From positions 32,001 to 96,000 of the IMG/VR virus record IMGVR_UViG_3300046786_000331: a stretch of DNA of 64,000 nt. One strand, given 5' to 3'. A program made the translations under genes and the position numbers. The notes beneath the pieces were generated by a model. That model worked only from the letters and a program-made list of their open reading frames with translations, did no database searches and was not told the origin of the DNA. The DNA is from a virus. Position 1 is the stretch's first letter; each line of letters begins with the position of its first letter. This document shows, piece after piece, positions 1-10,747 of the stretch.

Positions 1-26
1 CAAGAAGCTAAACAGCAAAAGGCACA

Positions 27-389
27 ATGATGAGTCAGTATCGAGTCAAAAATTATCTTTGGCTCTTGATTCTCTTAATGGTGGTTGTTATATCACTGTT
101 GTCAGGATGCTCGTCATCGCCAAAGATACAGGCACAGAAGCCGCAATATTGTTATACAAGTCAAACTATTAAAACTCAGAACGGTGAGCGTGTTAATAGT
201 GAAACTACATTAGACTGCACTGATGATCAGTTTAAGCGTCTAACTACAACACGAATGGGTATGGCTAGCAATTGCGGAATCAGTAACAAAGTTGTAGAAT
301 TTGGAGGAAAAATTGTCAATATTCAAGTTAGGAGTTGTCAAGTTCTTGATTACTCTGGCAATGTTATTGGTTACGAATACGTCCATTAA
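27..389 (+). CDS. putative lipoprotein
   Basis: hydrophobic N-terminus with lipobox LSGC. Confidence 0.7.
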   Translation: MMSQYRVKNYLWLLILLMVVVISLLSGCSSSPKIQAQKPQYCYTSQTIKTQNGERVNSETTLDCTDDQFKRLTTTRMGMASNCGISNKVVEFGGKIVNIQVRSCQVLDYSGNVIGYEYVH

Positions 390-744
390 TGCACAAACTA
401 TAAACATCGAGAATCCTCGATTCTATAATGAGTTGCATGGTGGAAATACTCTTCACCATATTCTAAACGTTTCTTTTGGTTGGTTCAAGACTCTTGACAA
501 AGAACAGAAAGAAGCGTATCATAGTTCTATAGTTGTCGCTTTAGAAGAAGCACAGCCGGGACAGTTTGCTCGCTGGTATAAGAATGATGCCAGTGGTATC
601 GTTCGTGTTGCATGGCAAGAGCCAAGGAACGGATCTATATGTAAACGATTGCATATCTCTCTTATTGCGTACAGCACAGTTAAGGAGGTACAATCTACCG
701 CTTGCTTTAACGAAGTAGATAATAGGTGGAGCTGGTACTTATAA
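301..744 (+). CDS. secreted hypothetical protein, 17-kDa surface antigen-like C-terminus; true start probably downstream
   Basis: signal-like segment; ALEEAQPGQFARWY...SG...C...TAC...W pattern. Confidence 0.55.
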   Translation: MEEKLSIFKLGVVKFLITLAMLLVTNTSINAQTINIENPRFYNELHGGNTLHHILNVSFGWFKTLDKEQKEAYHSSIVVALEEAQPGQFARWYKNDASGIVRVAWQEPRNGSICKRLHISLIAYSTVKEVQSTACFNEVDNRWSWYL

Positions 745-754
745 ATAATAGCTT

Positions 755-2248
755 ATGAAGATTACATTAAGTGATAAAATAATTGCCTATATGGCATTGC
801 TCAGCGGATTAACAATATCCGCTGTTGCCGTTTGGTATAGCGTTGCTGGACTAGTGTCTATCTTTGCGGCTGCTGTTACTCCTATTATTGTTATGGGTGT
901 GGCACTAGAGATTAGTAAACTAATTGCTACAGTATGGTTAAAACTGAATTGGCAAAGAGCCCCGTTCTTTATTAAAGCATATATGACTGCGGCAGTTGCA
1001 GTCTTAATGGTTATTACATCTATGGGCATCTTTGGCTTCTTGTCAAAGGCACACAGTGATCAAAGTCTAGTATCGGGTGATGTACAAAGTAGAATTGCTG
1101 TCTACGATGAAAAGATTAAGACAGCAAAGGAAAACATTGATGCAAATCGCAAAGCACTTAAACAAATGGATGAGGCTGTGGATCAAAGCATGGCACGTTC
1201 AACTTCAGAAACGGGGGCCGACAAAGCGGTCGCTATCCGTAGGGGACAGGCGAAAGAACGTGCTAGATTACAGAATGAAATCGCAGCCGAACAGAAAACA
1301 ATTAATAAACTTTCTGAAGAAAGGGCACCTATCGCGGCTGAAGTAAGAAAGGTTGAAGCAGAAGTCGGGCCAATCAAATACATTGCTGCCTTTGTCTATG
1401 GTGACAACCCAGATGCTAACGTACTAGAAAAAGCAGTGACATGGGTAATCATTATTATTGTGTCAGTGTTCGACCCACTAGCAGTTATCTTATTGTTAGC
1501 AAGTCAATACAGCTTCCAATGGTTCCGTAAAGCTCGTGAGGAAGAGGAAGATGACCTCAAAGAAGTTAAAGAGTGGTTTGAACAAGGCAAGGAACGTGCT
1601 AGGCAGTTAGATGCAGAGGCTGCGAATACAGCTAAGTTTGAAGACATTGAAGATCCTATAGTTGACGAAATTGGAAAACCTACTCCTGAGCCGGAAATCG
1701 ATTACAGTAAACATGCTTACCTAAATCCTGAAAAATCATTCTGGCATAAACCAGAAGGTTGGGAGGAAGTTCCTCCACAGGTTTATAAACCAGAGCCTGT
1801 GCAAGAACCAGTAGTTGAAGAACCTGTAGTTGAAGTTGTTATTGAAGATGACGACGAAGATGAGATCGATGAAAGCGTAGAAATGAAAGCCGCAAAGGCA
1901 GCATGGAAACATGATCATCCAACCGATAGTCTAAAGCGTCACAGAAAATTATTTGAACAAGGTTTGATTTCTACTTTGCCTTGGGAATCTTATCTTTCTG
2001 CACAGCCAGACTACACAGATAAAGAAGCAGCCGAAGAAGCACTTAAATGGGCTCAAGAACAAATTGCTGAACGTCCAGGCGATTATCTAACTCCATCAGA
2101 CGATCCTAAAAAAAAGGTAACGACTTGGATAGAGCGTGATGGCGATAAACAAATTACAAAAAGTCTTGAAGACGAAGGCTATGTTCAAAATGCAGAACAA
2201 AGTTCTAGTACAATTTGGAATCGTGTTAAGAAAGCAAAAGGCGATTAA
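755..2248 (+). CDS. membrane protein with coiled coil and acidic tail
   Basis: 3 N-terminal TM segments, coiled coil, one further TM; TAAATA upstream. Confidence 0.75.
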   Translation: MKITLSDKIIAYMALLSGLTISAVAVWYSVAGLVSIFAAAVTPIIVMGVALEISKLIATVWLKLNWQRAPFFIKAYMTAAVAVLMVITSMGIFGFLSKAHSDQSLVSGDVQSRIAVYDEKIKTAKENIDANRKALKQMDEAVDQSMARSTSETGADKAVAIRRGQAKERARLQNEIAAEQKTINKLSEERAPIAAEVRKVEAEVGPIKYIAAFVYGDNPDANVLEKAVTWVIIIIVSVFDPLAVILLLASQYSFQWFRKAREEEEDDLKEVKEWFEQGKERARQLDAEAANTAKFEDIEDPIVDEIGKPTPEPEIDYSKHAYLNPEKSFWHKPEGWEEVPPQVYKPEPVQEPVVEEPVVEVVIEDDDEDEIDESVEMKAAKAAWKHDHPTDSLKRHRKLFEQGLISTLPWESYLSAQPDYTDKEAAEEALKWAQEQIAERPGDYLTPSDDPKKKVTTWIERDGDKQITKSLEDEGYVQNAEQSSSTIWNRVKKAKGD

Positions 2249-2625
2249 TGGCTGATAAAGTTTTAGTAGTTACATCGCCCGATGATGTACTAATCGATGC
2301 TTATCGAATCCTTATTGTTGGACTAACTCCTGAACAAAGCAAAGTAGTATCCGATGCTTTGTTAAATGTTAGATATGATGGTAATGTTGTGTTATACCTC
2401 TGGGAAGGCGGGAGCCCAGAATGGTTGCTTGATAAGAAACACAAAAGCGACTTAATCATATTCAATGCCAATAACGAAAACGAAACACTTGTTGGTTATA
2501 TGGCAGCTCAAAAAAATTCTCACTACTTTGGCACTTTAAAATTTTTATCCGGAGCAAATGCACGGACTATATACTCTAGTGAGGATTTACAAACTATGCT
2601 CACCTTATTATTTGAACAATTATGA
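2248..2625 (+). CDS. hypothetical protein
   Basis: translationally coupled ORF. Confidence 0.7.
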   Translation: MADKVLVVTSPDDVLIDAYRILIVGLTPEQSKVVSDALLNVRYDGNVVLYLWEGGSPEWLLDKKHKSDLIIFNANNENETLVGYMAAQKNSHYFGTLKFLSGANARTIYSSEDLQTMLTLLFEQL

Positions 2626-2834
2626 CTAAAGTTACTATTAAAGAACACGAAAACATAAACGTAGCATTAAGACGATTTAAAAAGAAAGTAGAAGACAGCG
2701 GCAAATTAGACGATGTACGAGCCAAAGAATTTTACGAGAAACCCACAACAGAACGTAAGCGCAAAAAAGGTGCTGCCGTAGCTCGTTGGAACAAAAAGCT
2801 TCGTGATCAATCTTTACCAAAAAAACTCTTTTAA
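2622..2834 (+). CDS. rpsU: ribosomal protein bS21
   Basis: [14 protein letters not shown]...[14 protein letters not shown] signature. Confidence 0.95.
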   Translation: MTKVTIKEHENINVALRRFKKKVEDSGKLDDVRAKEFYEKPTTERKRKKGAAVARWNKKLRDQSLPKKLF

Positions 2835-2837
2835 CCT

Positions 2838-2866
2838 TTGACTTTTAGTACTTTTTGTAGTACACT
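2838..2866 (+). promoter_or_regulatory. sigma70 promoter, probably leaderless transcript
   Basis: TTGACT-N17-TACACT, ATG 6 nt downstream. Confidence 0.65.
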
Positions 2867-2872
2867 ATACAC

Positions 2873-3454
2873 ATGAACACAGACATTATGATTGACTTGG
2901 AGACGCTTGACGTTCTCCCTACTGCCACTGTACTAACTATTGGCGCTGTTAAATTTGACCCGTTCGGTGATGACATCAACGACAAAAAATGTGAAAAACT
3001 TTATCTTAAAGTAGACATTGATAGTTGTGATGCAATTGGCTGCACAGTTAGCCCGGCTACATTAGAATGGTGGGGCAATCAAAGCCAAGAAGCACAAGAC
3101 GAAGCCTTTGATCCTAACGGACGTATTCCAATTGCTGATGCCATGCATCAGTTGTTTAAGTTCTGTCAAGGAGCAAAACGCATTTGGAGTCACGGTAGCG
3201 GCTTTGACATTATCATTTGCGAACACTTGTTCCGCAAAACAGATAGAGCAATCCCCTGGGCATTCTGGGAAGCACGTGATACCCGTACACTATTTGATCT
3301 AGGTATTAATCCTAATCGTCCGCCTGTTTTAAAGCACCATGCTTTAGAAGATGCTTGGAACCAAGCAGTAGGTGTTCAGAATATTATGAAAACGCTTAAA
3401 TGCAGTACAATGTCAGATGGAAACTACATTAATCCCTTTGCAAGAACAAATTAA
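2873..3454 (+). CDS. DEDDh 3'-5' exonuclease (Rv2179c/exoVIII-like)
   Basis: MIDLETL, HGSGFD, RDTRT, HHALEDA motifs. Confidence 0.88.
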   Translation: MNTDIMIDLETLDVLPTATVLTIGAVKFDPFGDDINDKKCEKLYLKVDIDSCDAIGCTVSPATLEWWGNQSQEAQDEAFDPNGRIPIADAMHQLFKFCQGAKRIWSHGSGFDIIICEHLFRKTDRAIPWAFWEARDTRTLFDLGINPNRPPVLKHHALEDAWNQAVGVQNIMKTLKCSTMSDGNYINPFARTN

Positions 3455-3455
3455 A

Positions 3456-3740
3456 ATGGACGAACAAAATAACGAAGTTATGGATATTCTGCAGGAAGAA
3501 TGTGCAGAAGTTGTCCAAGCGGTTAGTAAAATTCGTAGGTTTGGTATTGATAATGCCAAGCCCGGAACAAACTACACTAATCGTGAGCACCTAGAAGAAG
3601 AGATCGGCGATTTACTAGCTATGGTAGATATTCTGCTTATTAACGAAATGGTTAATTGGGGCAATTTACACAAAGCTAAAAGAGCCAAGATCGAAAAGCT
3701 CAAAAAATGGTCAAATATTCCTAATTTAGAGAATATCTGA
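3456..3740 (+). CDS. MazG-like NTP pyrophosphohydrolase
   Basis: QEECAEVVQA...LEEEIGDLL motif. Confidence 0.8.
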   Translation: MDEQNNEVMDILQEECAEVVQAVSKIRRFGIDNAKPGTNYTNREHLEEEIGDLLAMVDILLINEMVNWGNLHKAKRAKIEKLKKWSNIPNLENI

Positions 3741-3803
3741 TATAAATAAAATTGTAAGCTGTACTATAGGGCAGTTTGCAGGGCACAGGGCCCAAAAAAT
3801 AGA

Positions 3804-3821
3804 TCTTACTTTATAAGGAGA
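3804..3821 (+). promoter_or_regulatory. ROSE-like SD-sequestering hairpin (dnaK)
   Basis: TCTTACTTTATAAGGAGA, identical copy at 5752-5769. Confidence 0.55.
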
Positions 3822-3827
3822 TAGACA

Positions 3828-5711
3828 ATGTCTAAGATCATCGGTATTGACCTCGGCACCACCAATTCATGCGTGGCTGTTATCGAGAATGGAATTCCCA
3901 AAGTTATTGAAAACAGCGAAGGTGCAAGAACAACACCTAGTATCGTTGCCTACGCAACAGATGAAATTCTTGTTGGCGCAAGTGCTAAACGACAAGCTGT
4001 TACCAATCCAAAAAATACTATCTATGCTGCCAAGCGTTTGATCGGTCGTAAGTTCAGCGAAAAAGCTGTACAGAAAGATATCGACTTGATGCCTTACGAT
4101 ATCATGGAAGCAAAGAACGGAGATGCATGGGTTCGCGCACAGGGCAAAGAACTAGCACCTCCACAAATTAGCGCAGAAGTTCTTCGTAAGATGAAGAAGA
4201 CTGCCGAGGACTATTTAGGACATGAAGTTACTCAAGCCGTTATCACAGTTCCTGCGTACTTTAACGACAGCCAAAGACAAGCAACTAAGGATGCTGGAAA
4301 AATCGCAGGCTTGGAAGTACTCCGTATTATTAACGAGCCTACTGCGGCAGCTCTTAGTTATGGCGTTGATAAAACTGATAAAGCTGACAGGAAGATTGCT
4401 GTTTACGACCTTGGTGGCGGTACTTTCGACGTATCGATCATTGAAATCGCGAATGTCGAAGGCGACAAACAAATCGAGGTATTGAGTACAAACGGCGATA
4501 CATTCCTAGGCGGTGAAGACTTTGATCAACGCATTATGGATTTCTTAGTTGAAGAATTCCGCAAGGATCAAGGTGTTGACTTAACTAAAGATGTTCTTGC
4601 TCTACAGCGTTTGAAAGAGGCTGCTGAAAAGGCTAAGATTGAATTGTCTAGCTCTGCACAAACAGATGTTAACTTACCTTACATCACAGCAGATGCAAGT
4701 GGTCCTAAGCACATGAACGTTAAAATTACTCGTAGCAAACTAGAACAACTAGTTGACGAGCTAATTGAACGCAGTCTTGCTCCATGCCGAACAGCTATGC
4801 AAGATGCAGGTGTTAGTGCTTCAGACATCGACGAAGTTATTCTTGTTGGTGGTATGACACGTATGCCTAAGGTACAAGAAGCAGTTGAAAAACTCTTCGG
4901 CAAAGCACCACGTAAAGACGTTAACCCAGACGAAGCAGTTGCCGTTGGTGCTGCTATTCAAGGTGATGTTCTTGGTGGTGGACGTAAAGACGTTCTATTG
5001 CTAGACGTTACTCCGTTGTCCGTTGGTATTGAAACACTTGGCGGTGTTATGAGTAAGTTGGTTCAGAAGAATACAACTATTCCTACTAAGGCTAGTCAGA
5101 CATTCTCTACAGCAGAAGACAATCAACCGGCTGTAACTATCAAAGCCTATCAAGGCGAACGTGAACTTGTTCAATACAACAAGTTGTTAGGTGAATTCAA
5201 TCTAGAAGGAATTCAACCACAACGCCGTGGACAACCACAGATTGAAGTTACCTTTGATATTGATGCTAACGGTATCATGCACGTTAGTGCCAAAGATAAA
5301 ACAACTGGTAAGGAAAACAAAATCACTATTAAGAGTGACAGTGGACTTACTAAAGAAGAAATTGATCGCATGGTGCAAGATGCTGAAGCCAACGCAGAAG
5401 CAGATCAAAAAGCACGTACCTTGATTGAAACTCGTAACCAAGCAGAAGCAATGGTTCACGAAATCAAGAAAGATAAAGAAGAGCTGAAAGACAAATTGAC
5501 TGAGACAGAAATTAGTGATGCAGACGCTGCTATTAAAGAAGTGGAAGACGCTGGCAATAATGTTGATGCAATCAAAGCAGCCATGGAAAAATTAAACACT
5601 GTAGCAGTTTCATTCGCACAGAAGAAGCAATTAAACGAACAGGCACAATCGCCTGACGTTGCACAGGATGATAATGTAGTCGACGCTACCTTTACAGAGA
5701 CGAAGGCTTAA
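3828..5711 (+). CDS. dnaK: chaperone DnaK (Hsp70)
   Basis: [35 protein letters not shown] motifs; full length. Confidence 0.98.
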   Translation: MSKIIGIDLGTTNSCVAVIENGIPKVIENSEGARTTPSIVAYATDEILVGASAKRQAVTNPKNTIYAAKRLIGRKFSEKAVQKDIDLMPYDIMEAKNGDAWVRAQGKELAPPQISAEVLRKMKKTAEDYLGHEVTQAVITVPAYFNDSQRQATKDAGKIAGLEVLRIINEPTAAALSYGVDKTDKADRKIAVYDLGGGTFDVSIIEIANVEGDKQIEVLSTNGDTFLGGEDFDQRIMDFLVEEFRKDQGVDLTKDVLALQRLKEAAEKAKIELSSSAQTDVNLPYITADASGPKHMNVKITRSKLEQLVDELIERSLAPCRTAMQDAGVSASDIDEVILVGGMTRMPKVQEAVEKLFGKAPRKDVNPDEAVAVGAAIQGDVLGGGRKDVLLLDVTPLSVGIETLGGVMSKLVQKNTTIPTKASQTFSTAEDNQPAVTIKAYQGERELVQYNKLLGEFNLEGIQPQRRGQPQIEVTFDIDANGIMHVSAKDKTTGKENKITIKSDSGLTKEEIDRMVQDAEANAEADQKARTLIETRNQAEAMVHEIKKDKEELKDKLTETEISDADAAIKEVEDAGNNVDAIKAAMEKLNTVAVSFAQKKQLNEQAQSPDVAQDDNVVDATFTETKA

Positions 5712-5751
5712 TTATCTAAACCCAGGGGTACCTTATAGGGCCCCTCATTGT

Positions 5752-5769
5752 TCTTACTTTATAAGGAGA
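5752..5769 (+). promoter_or_regulatory. ROSE-like SD-sequestering hairpin (sHSP)
   Basis: same 18-mer as before dnaK; upstream GC-rich hairpin. Confidence 0.55.
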
Positions 5770-5774
5770 CTATT

Positions 5775-6209
5775 ATGAACAATCAATTATCTAGAATGGA
5801 CGCTCTCAACCGAGCACTTATTGGCTTTGATGCCATGTTCGATCAACTTGATCGTAAGTTTGCCAATTCTGTGCAAACAAACTATCCGCCACACAATCAA
5901 ATTAAAACTGGTGAAAATGAATATCTAATTCAATTAGCAGTTACTGGCTTTTCAAAAGCTGAAGTCACTGTTCAAGTTGAAGGTAACATTCTTACCATTA
6001 AAGGCGAGAGCATTACAACAGAGTATGCTCAGGAGCAGTACCTGCATCGAGGCCTAGCTACACGCGACTTCGTTAAGGAGTTTCCACTAGCTGAGCATAT
6101 CGAAGTTAAAGGTGCTGAAATGGAGAACGGAATGTTAAATATTTGCTTAGTTCGAAATATTCCCGAGTCAGCAAAACCTAAAGTGATTGACATTTTAGAA
6201 GTTAAGTAA
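5775..6209 (+). CDS. small heat shock protein (IbpA/Hsp20 family)
   Basis: NYPPHN, YLHRGLATRDF, GAEMENGML; SD before 5775. Confidence 0.93.
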   Translation: MNNQLSRMDALNRALIGFDAMFDQLDRKFANSVQTNYPPHNQIKTGENEYLIQLAVTGFSKAEVTVQVEGNILTIKGESITTEYAQEQYLHRGLATRDFVKEFPLAEHIEVKGAEMENGMLNICLVRNIPESAKPKVIDILEVK

Positions 6210-6214
6210 TATAA

Positions 6215-6242
6215 TAAAGGGGAAGGAAACTTCCCCTTATCA
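6215..6242 (+). terminator. possible hairpin terminator
   Basis: AAGGGGAAG-GAAA-CTTCCCCTT; weak U tract. Confidence 0.45.
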
Positions 6243-6258
6243 ACAAACTGGAGCAAAA

Positions 6259-6558
6259 ATGTCCACAGACGTACAATTCGACGAAAAAATTAAAGTTTCA
6301 CTTCAGCCACCAAAGATGTGGAAAGTGGTATTCCTCAACGACGATCAAACGCCAATGGAGTTTGTCATGGAGTTGTTGACTGAAATTTTTAAACATACAG
6401 AATCTGATGCTAAAAATATCACTATGGAAATTCATAATGAAGGTAGCGCAGTTGCTGGAGTTTACACACACGAAATCGCAGAACAGCGAGGTATCGAAAG
6501 TACACACCTAGCTCGTTCCAACGGATTTCCTTTACAGATTACTATTGAACAAGAGTGA
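6259..6558 (+). CDS. clpS: ClpS N-degron adaptor
   Basis: WKVVFLNDDQTPMEFV, MEIHNEGSA, GFPL. Confidence 0.93.
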   Translation: MSTDVQFDEKIKVSLQPPKMWKVVFLNDDQTPMEFVMELLTEIFKHTESDAKNITMEIHNEGSAVAGVYTHEIAEQRGIESTHLARSNGFPLQITIEQE

Positions 6559-6818
6559 TAACATTCGACGAAGTGCGATTGATTAAGTATCAACGCACTA
6601 ACGCACAACGATTTGGGTATTGGGTTCATTTTAGAGATCAACGCCCAAAACAACAAGCGTTGGGAATTGCAGGCAAAAAGTCTATAGTTAAGTTTGTAGA
6701 AACTAGTCTCGGTCCACTAGGCGGTAAATGGCAGTATCAGAGATTTAATCAAGTTGACTATATTATAAAAATGGACAACGAAGCAGATCTCTTATTTTTA
6801 ATCATGAGAATGAAGTAA
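6555..6818 (+). CDS. hypothetical protein
   Basis: coupled ORF; C-terminal NEADLLFLIMR resembles the paralogue motif of 18.6-24.5 kb. Confidence 0.6.
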   Translation: MITFDEVRLIKYQRTNAQRFGYWVHFRDQRPKQQALGIAGKKSIVKFVETSLGPLGGKWQYQRFNQVDYIIKMDNEADLLFLIMRMK

Positions 6819-6834
6819 AGTTAAATACACCACT

Positions 6835-7380
6835 ATGAGCCTAAAAGATATTACCAAAGACCTCCACCACGAGGCAGAAACAACCAAGTTCGCTAAGATG
6901 CTACTCAGTGGCAAGATTGGCAAAGAAGACTACAGAAACTATCTGTACAATCTAATGGCAGTATACGATCCAATCGAATGGTATTGCCAGCGTCAGGGTT
7001 TCCTTGTCACAATGCCAGACTTACCTCGTCTAAAATCAATCTATGCAGACTTCATGGAACTAGATGACGGATCTTACTGTTATCTAACTCCAGCAACACT
7101 TGAATACCAAGCATACTTACACAAACTAGGTAACGATGAACAACGTAAACACCTTGTTAAAGCGCATCTATACTGCCGCCATATGGGCGACTTATTCGGT
7201 GGCCAAATCATTAAGAAGCAGGTAGCACATATCAGCAGTGGTAAGTTCTACGACTTTGAAAATGCAGATGCTATGAAGATGGCTATTCGTGTAACACTTA
7301 CAGACGATCTCGGAGACGAAGCTCGTGTAGCATTTGAATATGCTATCAAAATGATGCGAGATTTGTATCATGGAGAGTAA
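6835..7380 (+). CDS. heme oxygenase (HemO/Ho1-like)
   Basis: LKDITKDLHHEAE, AHLYCRHMGDLFGGQII, FYDF. Confidence 0.93.
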   Translation: MSLKDITKDLHHEAETTKFAKMLLSGKIGKEDYRNYLYNLMAVYDPIEWYCQRQGFLVTMPDLPRLKSIYADFMELDDGSYCYLTPATLEYQAYLHKLGNDEQRKHLVKAHLYCRHMGDLFGGQIIKKQVAHISSGKFYDFENADAMKMAIRVTLTDDLGDEARVAFEYAIKMMRDLYHGE

Positions 7381-8053
7381 TGTCTGGAACACACTTGTAG
7401 AAGTACAAGGTTACTTCGAAGAAGCATTTAGTAGAACAGGCAGTGAAGTAAACGAACCAGGAATGGATCGTTTCAATCAACCGGGATGGGTTAATCGTGT
7501 ATGGTCCGGAGATCTATATCGTAGAGCTCACATCGACGTTGTTGACGCAAGAGAAACTAAAGGCCTGTGGATGATGCATTGCTGTGTATTTCCACACTTA
7601 CACAATCCTGCTCCTATCTTTGGGTTTGATGTAGTAGCAGGAAAGAATAAGATTACAGGTTGTTTTTATGATTACAGCCCTGCAGGTGATTCCGAACATC
7701 CTATGCTAGATTGGTTTGCTGACGAAGCTCAAAGATTAGAATGGAACAAAACTCGTAAACTACCAGATTGGGCAGAACGTATTTTTAGTACCAGTATGAT
7801 TGCTGCTGGCAATGTTAGCAAAGAAGAAGAACTAGAACAGATTTTTGCTATGGCTAGACATGGTGTGGATCACTATCTTAGTACCGTAGGCGAAACTAAC
7901 AACACCGCAGTAAGTACTAAAGAAGCACAAAACTACTACGCACAAAATCAAAAAATGAATCCACATACTCCTAAAGTTATGGTTAGTTTGGGATTAAGTG
8001 AAGACGATGTACAGCATTTTATACACGAATGCCTGTTCCCTGAAATCAAATAA
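7370..8053 (+). CDS. ferredoxin-dependent bilin reductase (PcyX/PcyA-like)
   Basis: RRAHID, MMHCCVFP, PIFGFD, LPDWAERIFS, YAQNQKMNPHT; adjacent to heme oxygenase. Confidence 0.88.
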   Translation: MESNVWNTLVEVQGYFEEAFSRTGSEVNEPGMDRFNQPGWVNRVWSGDLYRRAHIDVVDARETKGLWMMHCCVFPHLHNPAPIFGFDVVAGKNKITGCFYDYSPAGDSEHPMLDWFADEAQRLEWNKTRKLPDWAERIFSTSMIAAGNVSKEEELEQIFAMARHGVDHYLSTVGETNNTAVSTKEAQNYYAQNQKMNPHTPKVMVSLGLSEDDVQHFIHECLFPEIK

Positions 8054-8061
8054 ATACTTGC

Positions 8062-8343
8062 ATGAGAGCAAGTGATTTTGATAAAATACAAAAAGACAAG
8101 TTTAAACCTAAACTAGTCGCACGATGGTGGGGTGGTTACAATGGTAATAGCATTCCGCCAGACGTAAAACCACTCTTTCAAAAACACGTTAAAACAGCCG
8201 CAAATGGCAAACAATACATTAATCAATACGACGATCGCTGGTATTATAGTGTATTCAAGAACTATCCACACATTACAGACTGGGATAGCTTTTTCGACGT
8301 AATCAAACCCTACTTTACTGTACAAAGAAAACAAGATATCTAA
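8062..8343 (+). CDS. hypothetical protein
   Basis: ORF 5 nt after TAAATA. Confidence 0.6.
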   Translation: MRASDFDKIQKDKFKPKLVARWWGGYNGNSIPPDVKPLFQKHVKTAANGKQYINQYDDRWYYSVFKNYPHITDWDSFFDVIKPYFTVQRKQDI

Positions 8344-8428
8344 GGTTTTCTTGCTCTAGATTAAACTCAGCGTTTAATTTTTGCCCCCGTGTATCTAAAT
8401 ACTATACCGATTACCGGGAGCGAATTTT

Positions 8429-8920
8429 ATGAAAAGAGTTTTAATTGGATTGGGAATTACTCTGGCTGTACACAATGTATCTGCGGCTGAAATCCAGCAT
8501 ACATTCAACAGCCCTGCTTTTAGTGGCGTTGGATACAGTTCTCACGTTCTTACATTAAAGCAACTAGAAGATCAACAGAAAGAAAAAAATAAAGCTGCTG
8601 TTGATGCATTAAAAGCTGCTGCTGAAAGAGAAGCAGCAAACACTCCACAGGCTAGATTTAAAGCTAGCATGGAGACTAGAGTTTACAGTGAACTAGCCAA
8701 ACGAATTAGTGATAGTTTATTTGGTAGTACAACTACAGCACCTACATGCAACGGAGGCGGTTCTAGTTCCGCAGGAAGCCCTTGCGCAGCCATTGAGCTT
8801 GTAGGACAAAACATTTCTTGGTGGATTAGTGGATCTAACATTATTGTTAGAATCCAAGATGCTAACGATCCTAATACATTTACAGAAATGACTATGCCTT
8901 ATTCAGCATTTAAAATCTAA
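8429..8920 (+). CDS. CsgF-like curli assembly protein
   Basis: signal peptide then HTFNSPAFSG (cf. CsgF FxNPxFGG); upstream of CsgG. Confidence 0.7.
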   Translation: MKRVLIGLGITLAVHNVSAAEIQHTFNSPAFSGVGYSSHVLTLKQLEDQQKEKNKAAVDALKAAAEREAANTPQARFKASMETRVYSELAKRISDSLFGSTTTAPTCNGGGSSSAGSPCAAIELVGQNISWWISGSNIIVRIQDANDPNTFTEMTMPYSAFKI

Positions 8921-8930
8921 GGACTAAACA

Positions 8931-9875
8931 ATGAAAAGAACAATTATATCCTTAGCAATCGTTGCATTATTAAGCGGCTGTGCAACTGGTTCAGCATTGC
9001 GTGAAAAATTCACAGGCAAGCAATTTGACGAGCCAGAATTAGATCAAAGCGTTTATCTAAAGAAAGAAACCAATAAGTTAAAGCCACCATCTAGTGGTCC
9101 TATTCCTATTGCTGTTTATGGTTTCTTTGATAAAACCGGACAGCGTAAGAGTGTGCCAAACATTGCTAGTTTAAGTTCAGCAGTTACACAAGGTGCTGAT
9201 GCGTACCTAGTCAAAGCTCTACAAGACGTAGGCGATGCTCGTTGGTTTACAGTATTAGAACGTGTAGGATTAGAGAACTTAATTAAAGAACGTCAAATGA
9301 TTCGTCAGATGCGTGAGCAATATCAAGGTAAAGATGCTAAACCTTTACCTCCAATGATGTTTGCCGGCGTATTAGTCGAAGGTGGAATTATTGGTTACGA
9401 CTCTAATACATTAACTGGCGGAAGTGGAGTAAGGTTATTTGGCATTGGTGCAACAACACAATATCAAAGTGATACCGTTACTATTAATCTTCGTACAGTT
9501 AGTGTAAGCACAGGCGAAGTCTTAACAAGTGTAACAGTTACAAAAACAGTATTAAGCTACATGGACAAATTTGGAGTTTTAAAATTTGTTGATAGCGGAA
9601 CAACATCTGTAGAAGCTGAAACTGGCGGCAGCATCAATGAAAGTATTAACAAGGCAGTCACATTAGCAGTACAGGCAGCAGTAGTTGGTACTATTCACGA
9701 AGGTGCCCGTAAAGGACATTGGAGTTTTAAGGAGGAGAAAAATGAGTTGGTTCAATCACAAACCCCACCGCAAAGAGCCCCAGAGGTTACACCCGCACAA
9801 TCACAGCCCAGCGACAAGGAGGGCCTTGGAGCAGGCAAAGCAGTTGAGTCCGACAACACAAACGGAAAAAAGTAA
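8931..9875 (+). CDS. csgG: CsgG/HfaB family curli secretion lipoprotein
   Basis: lipobox LSGC, DKTGQRK, SSAVTQGA, WFTVLERVGLENLIKERQMIR, GGIIGYDSN. Confidence 0.92.
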   Translation: MKRTIISLAIVALLSGCATGSALREKFTGKQFDEPELDQSVYLKKETNKLKPPSSGPIPIAVYGFFDKTGQRKSVPNIASLSSAVTQGADAYLVKALQDVGDARWFTVLERVGLENLIKERQMIRQMREQYQGKDAKPLPPMMFAGVLVEGGIIGYDSNTLTGGSGVRLFGIGATTQYQSDTVTINLRTVSVSTGEVLTSVTVTKTVLSYMDKFGVLKFVDSGTTSVEAETGGSINESINKAVTLAVQAAVVGTIHEGARKGHWSFKEEKNELVQSQTPPQRAPEVTPAQSQPSDKEGLGAGKAVESDNTNGKK

Positions 9876-9935
9876 TAAAACAACAGGGTAAATCCCAAGG
9901 AGCTCACCGTGTTACAAGCCGCGGTGATGTAAAAA

Positions 9936-10745
9936 ATGAAAACAGGACACATAACTAAAATTAAAAATCTAGTCCTTGTAACAGCATTAGCAATGGCTGG
10001 CATCACAAATGCTCAGTCAACTGTTGCTACAGGCCCAAACAAGGTCTATATCGAACAGGTTGGTAATAGCAACGTTGTCTCCATCCAACAAGTTGGTGGA
10101 ACAAACGATGTAGGCGGAACTGCTGTAACTGCTAGTTCAGTTGCGGCTAACGGAGTAACTACAATGACTCCAACTGCCCCTAGTTCTTCGAACTATGCTA
10201 CCATTACAGGTAGTTCGAATACTGTTACACTAAATCAAACAGGTAACGGTAACAGTGCTCAATATAACATTCAAGGTAATGATAACATCTATACCAGCAA
10301 TGTTACAGGGCACGGAAATCAAACAAAGTTAACAATTGGTGATGTTAATAATTCTACCAATTTGCGTAACAATGTAACTGAAACAATCACCGGTGATACA
10401 AACTTGATTATACAAAATATTGTTGGTAGCGATATTACCAGCACTACAGGTATAACTGGTAATTCTAACCAAATTACTAAAAATCTATTAAGTTCAAACG
10501 GTGTTAGTGATATTAGTATTTCTGGTAATAGTAACGTTCTAAACATTCAGCAGACAGACGCTGCTGGTGCAAACGGGCATTATCTAAAACAAGTTATTGC
10601 AGGTGACTATAACAGCATTACAACTCAACAACAAGGTAGTAACGATACCACTGTTGATATTCGTGCTACTGGTAGCCACAATACTATTACTGTAAGAACT
10701 AGTAGTTCATCTATTGTTAGCCCAGCAACAGCAATAGCGAGGTAA
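9936..10745 (+). CDS. curlin-like repeat protein
   Basis: signal peptide; repeated Q/I-x-G-x-x-N units, N/S/T/G rich. Confidence 0.75.
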   Translation: MKTGHITKIKNLVLVTALAMAGITNAQSTVATGPNKVYIEQVGNSNVVSIQQVGGTNDVGGTAVTASSVAANGVTTMTPTAPSSSNYATITGSSNTVTLNQTGNGNSAQYNIQGNDNIYTSNVTGHGNQTKLTIGDVNNSTNLRNNVTETITGDTNLIIQNIVGSDITSTTGITGNSNQITKNLLSSNGVSDISISGNSNVLNIQQTDAAGANGHYLKQVIAGDYNSITTQQQGSNDTTVDIRATGSHNTITVRTSSSSIVSPATAIAR

Positions 10746-10747
10746 TT

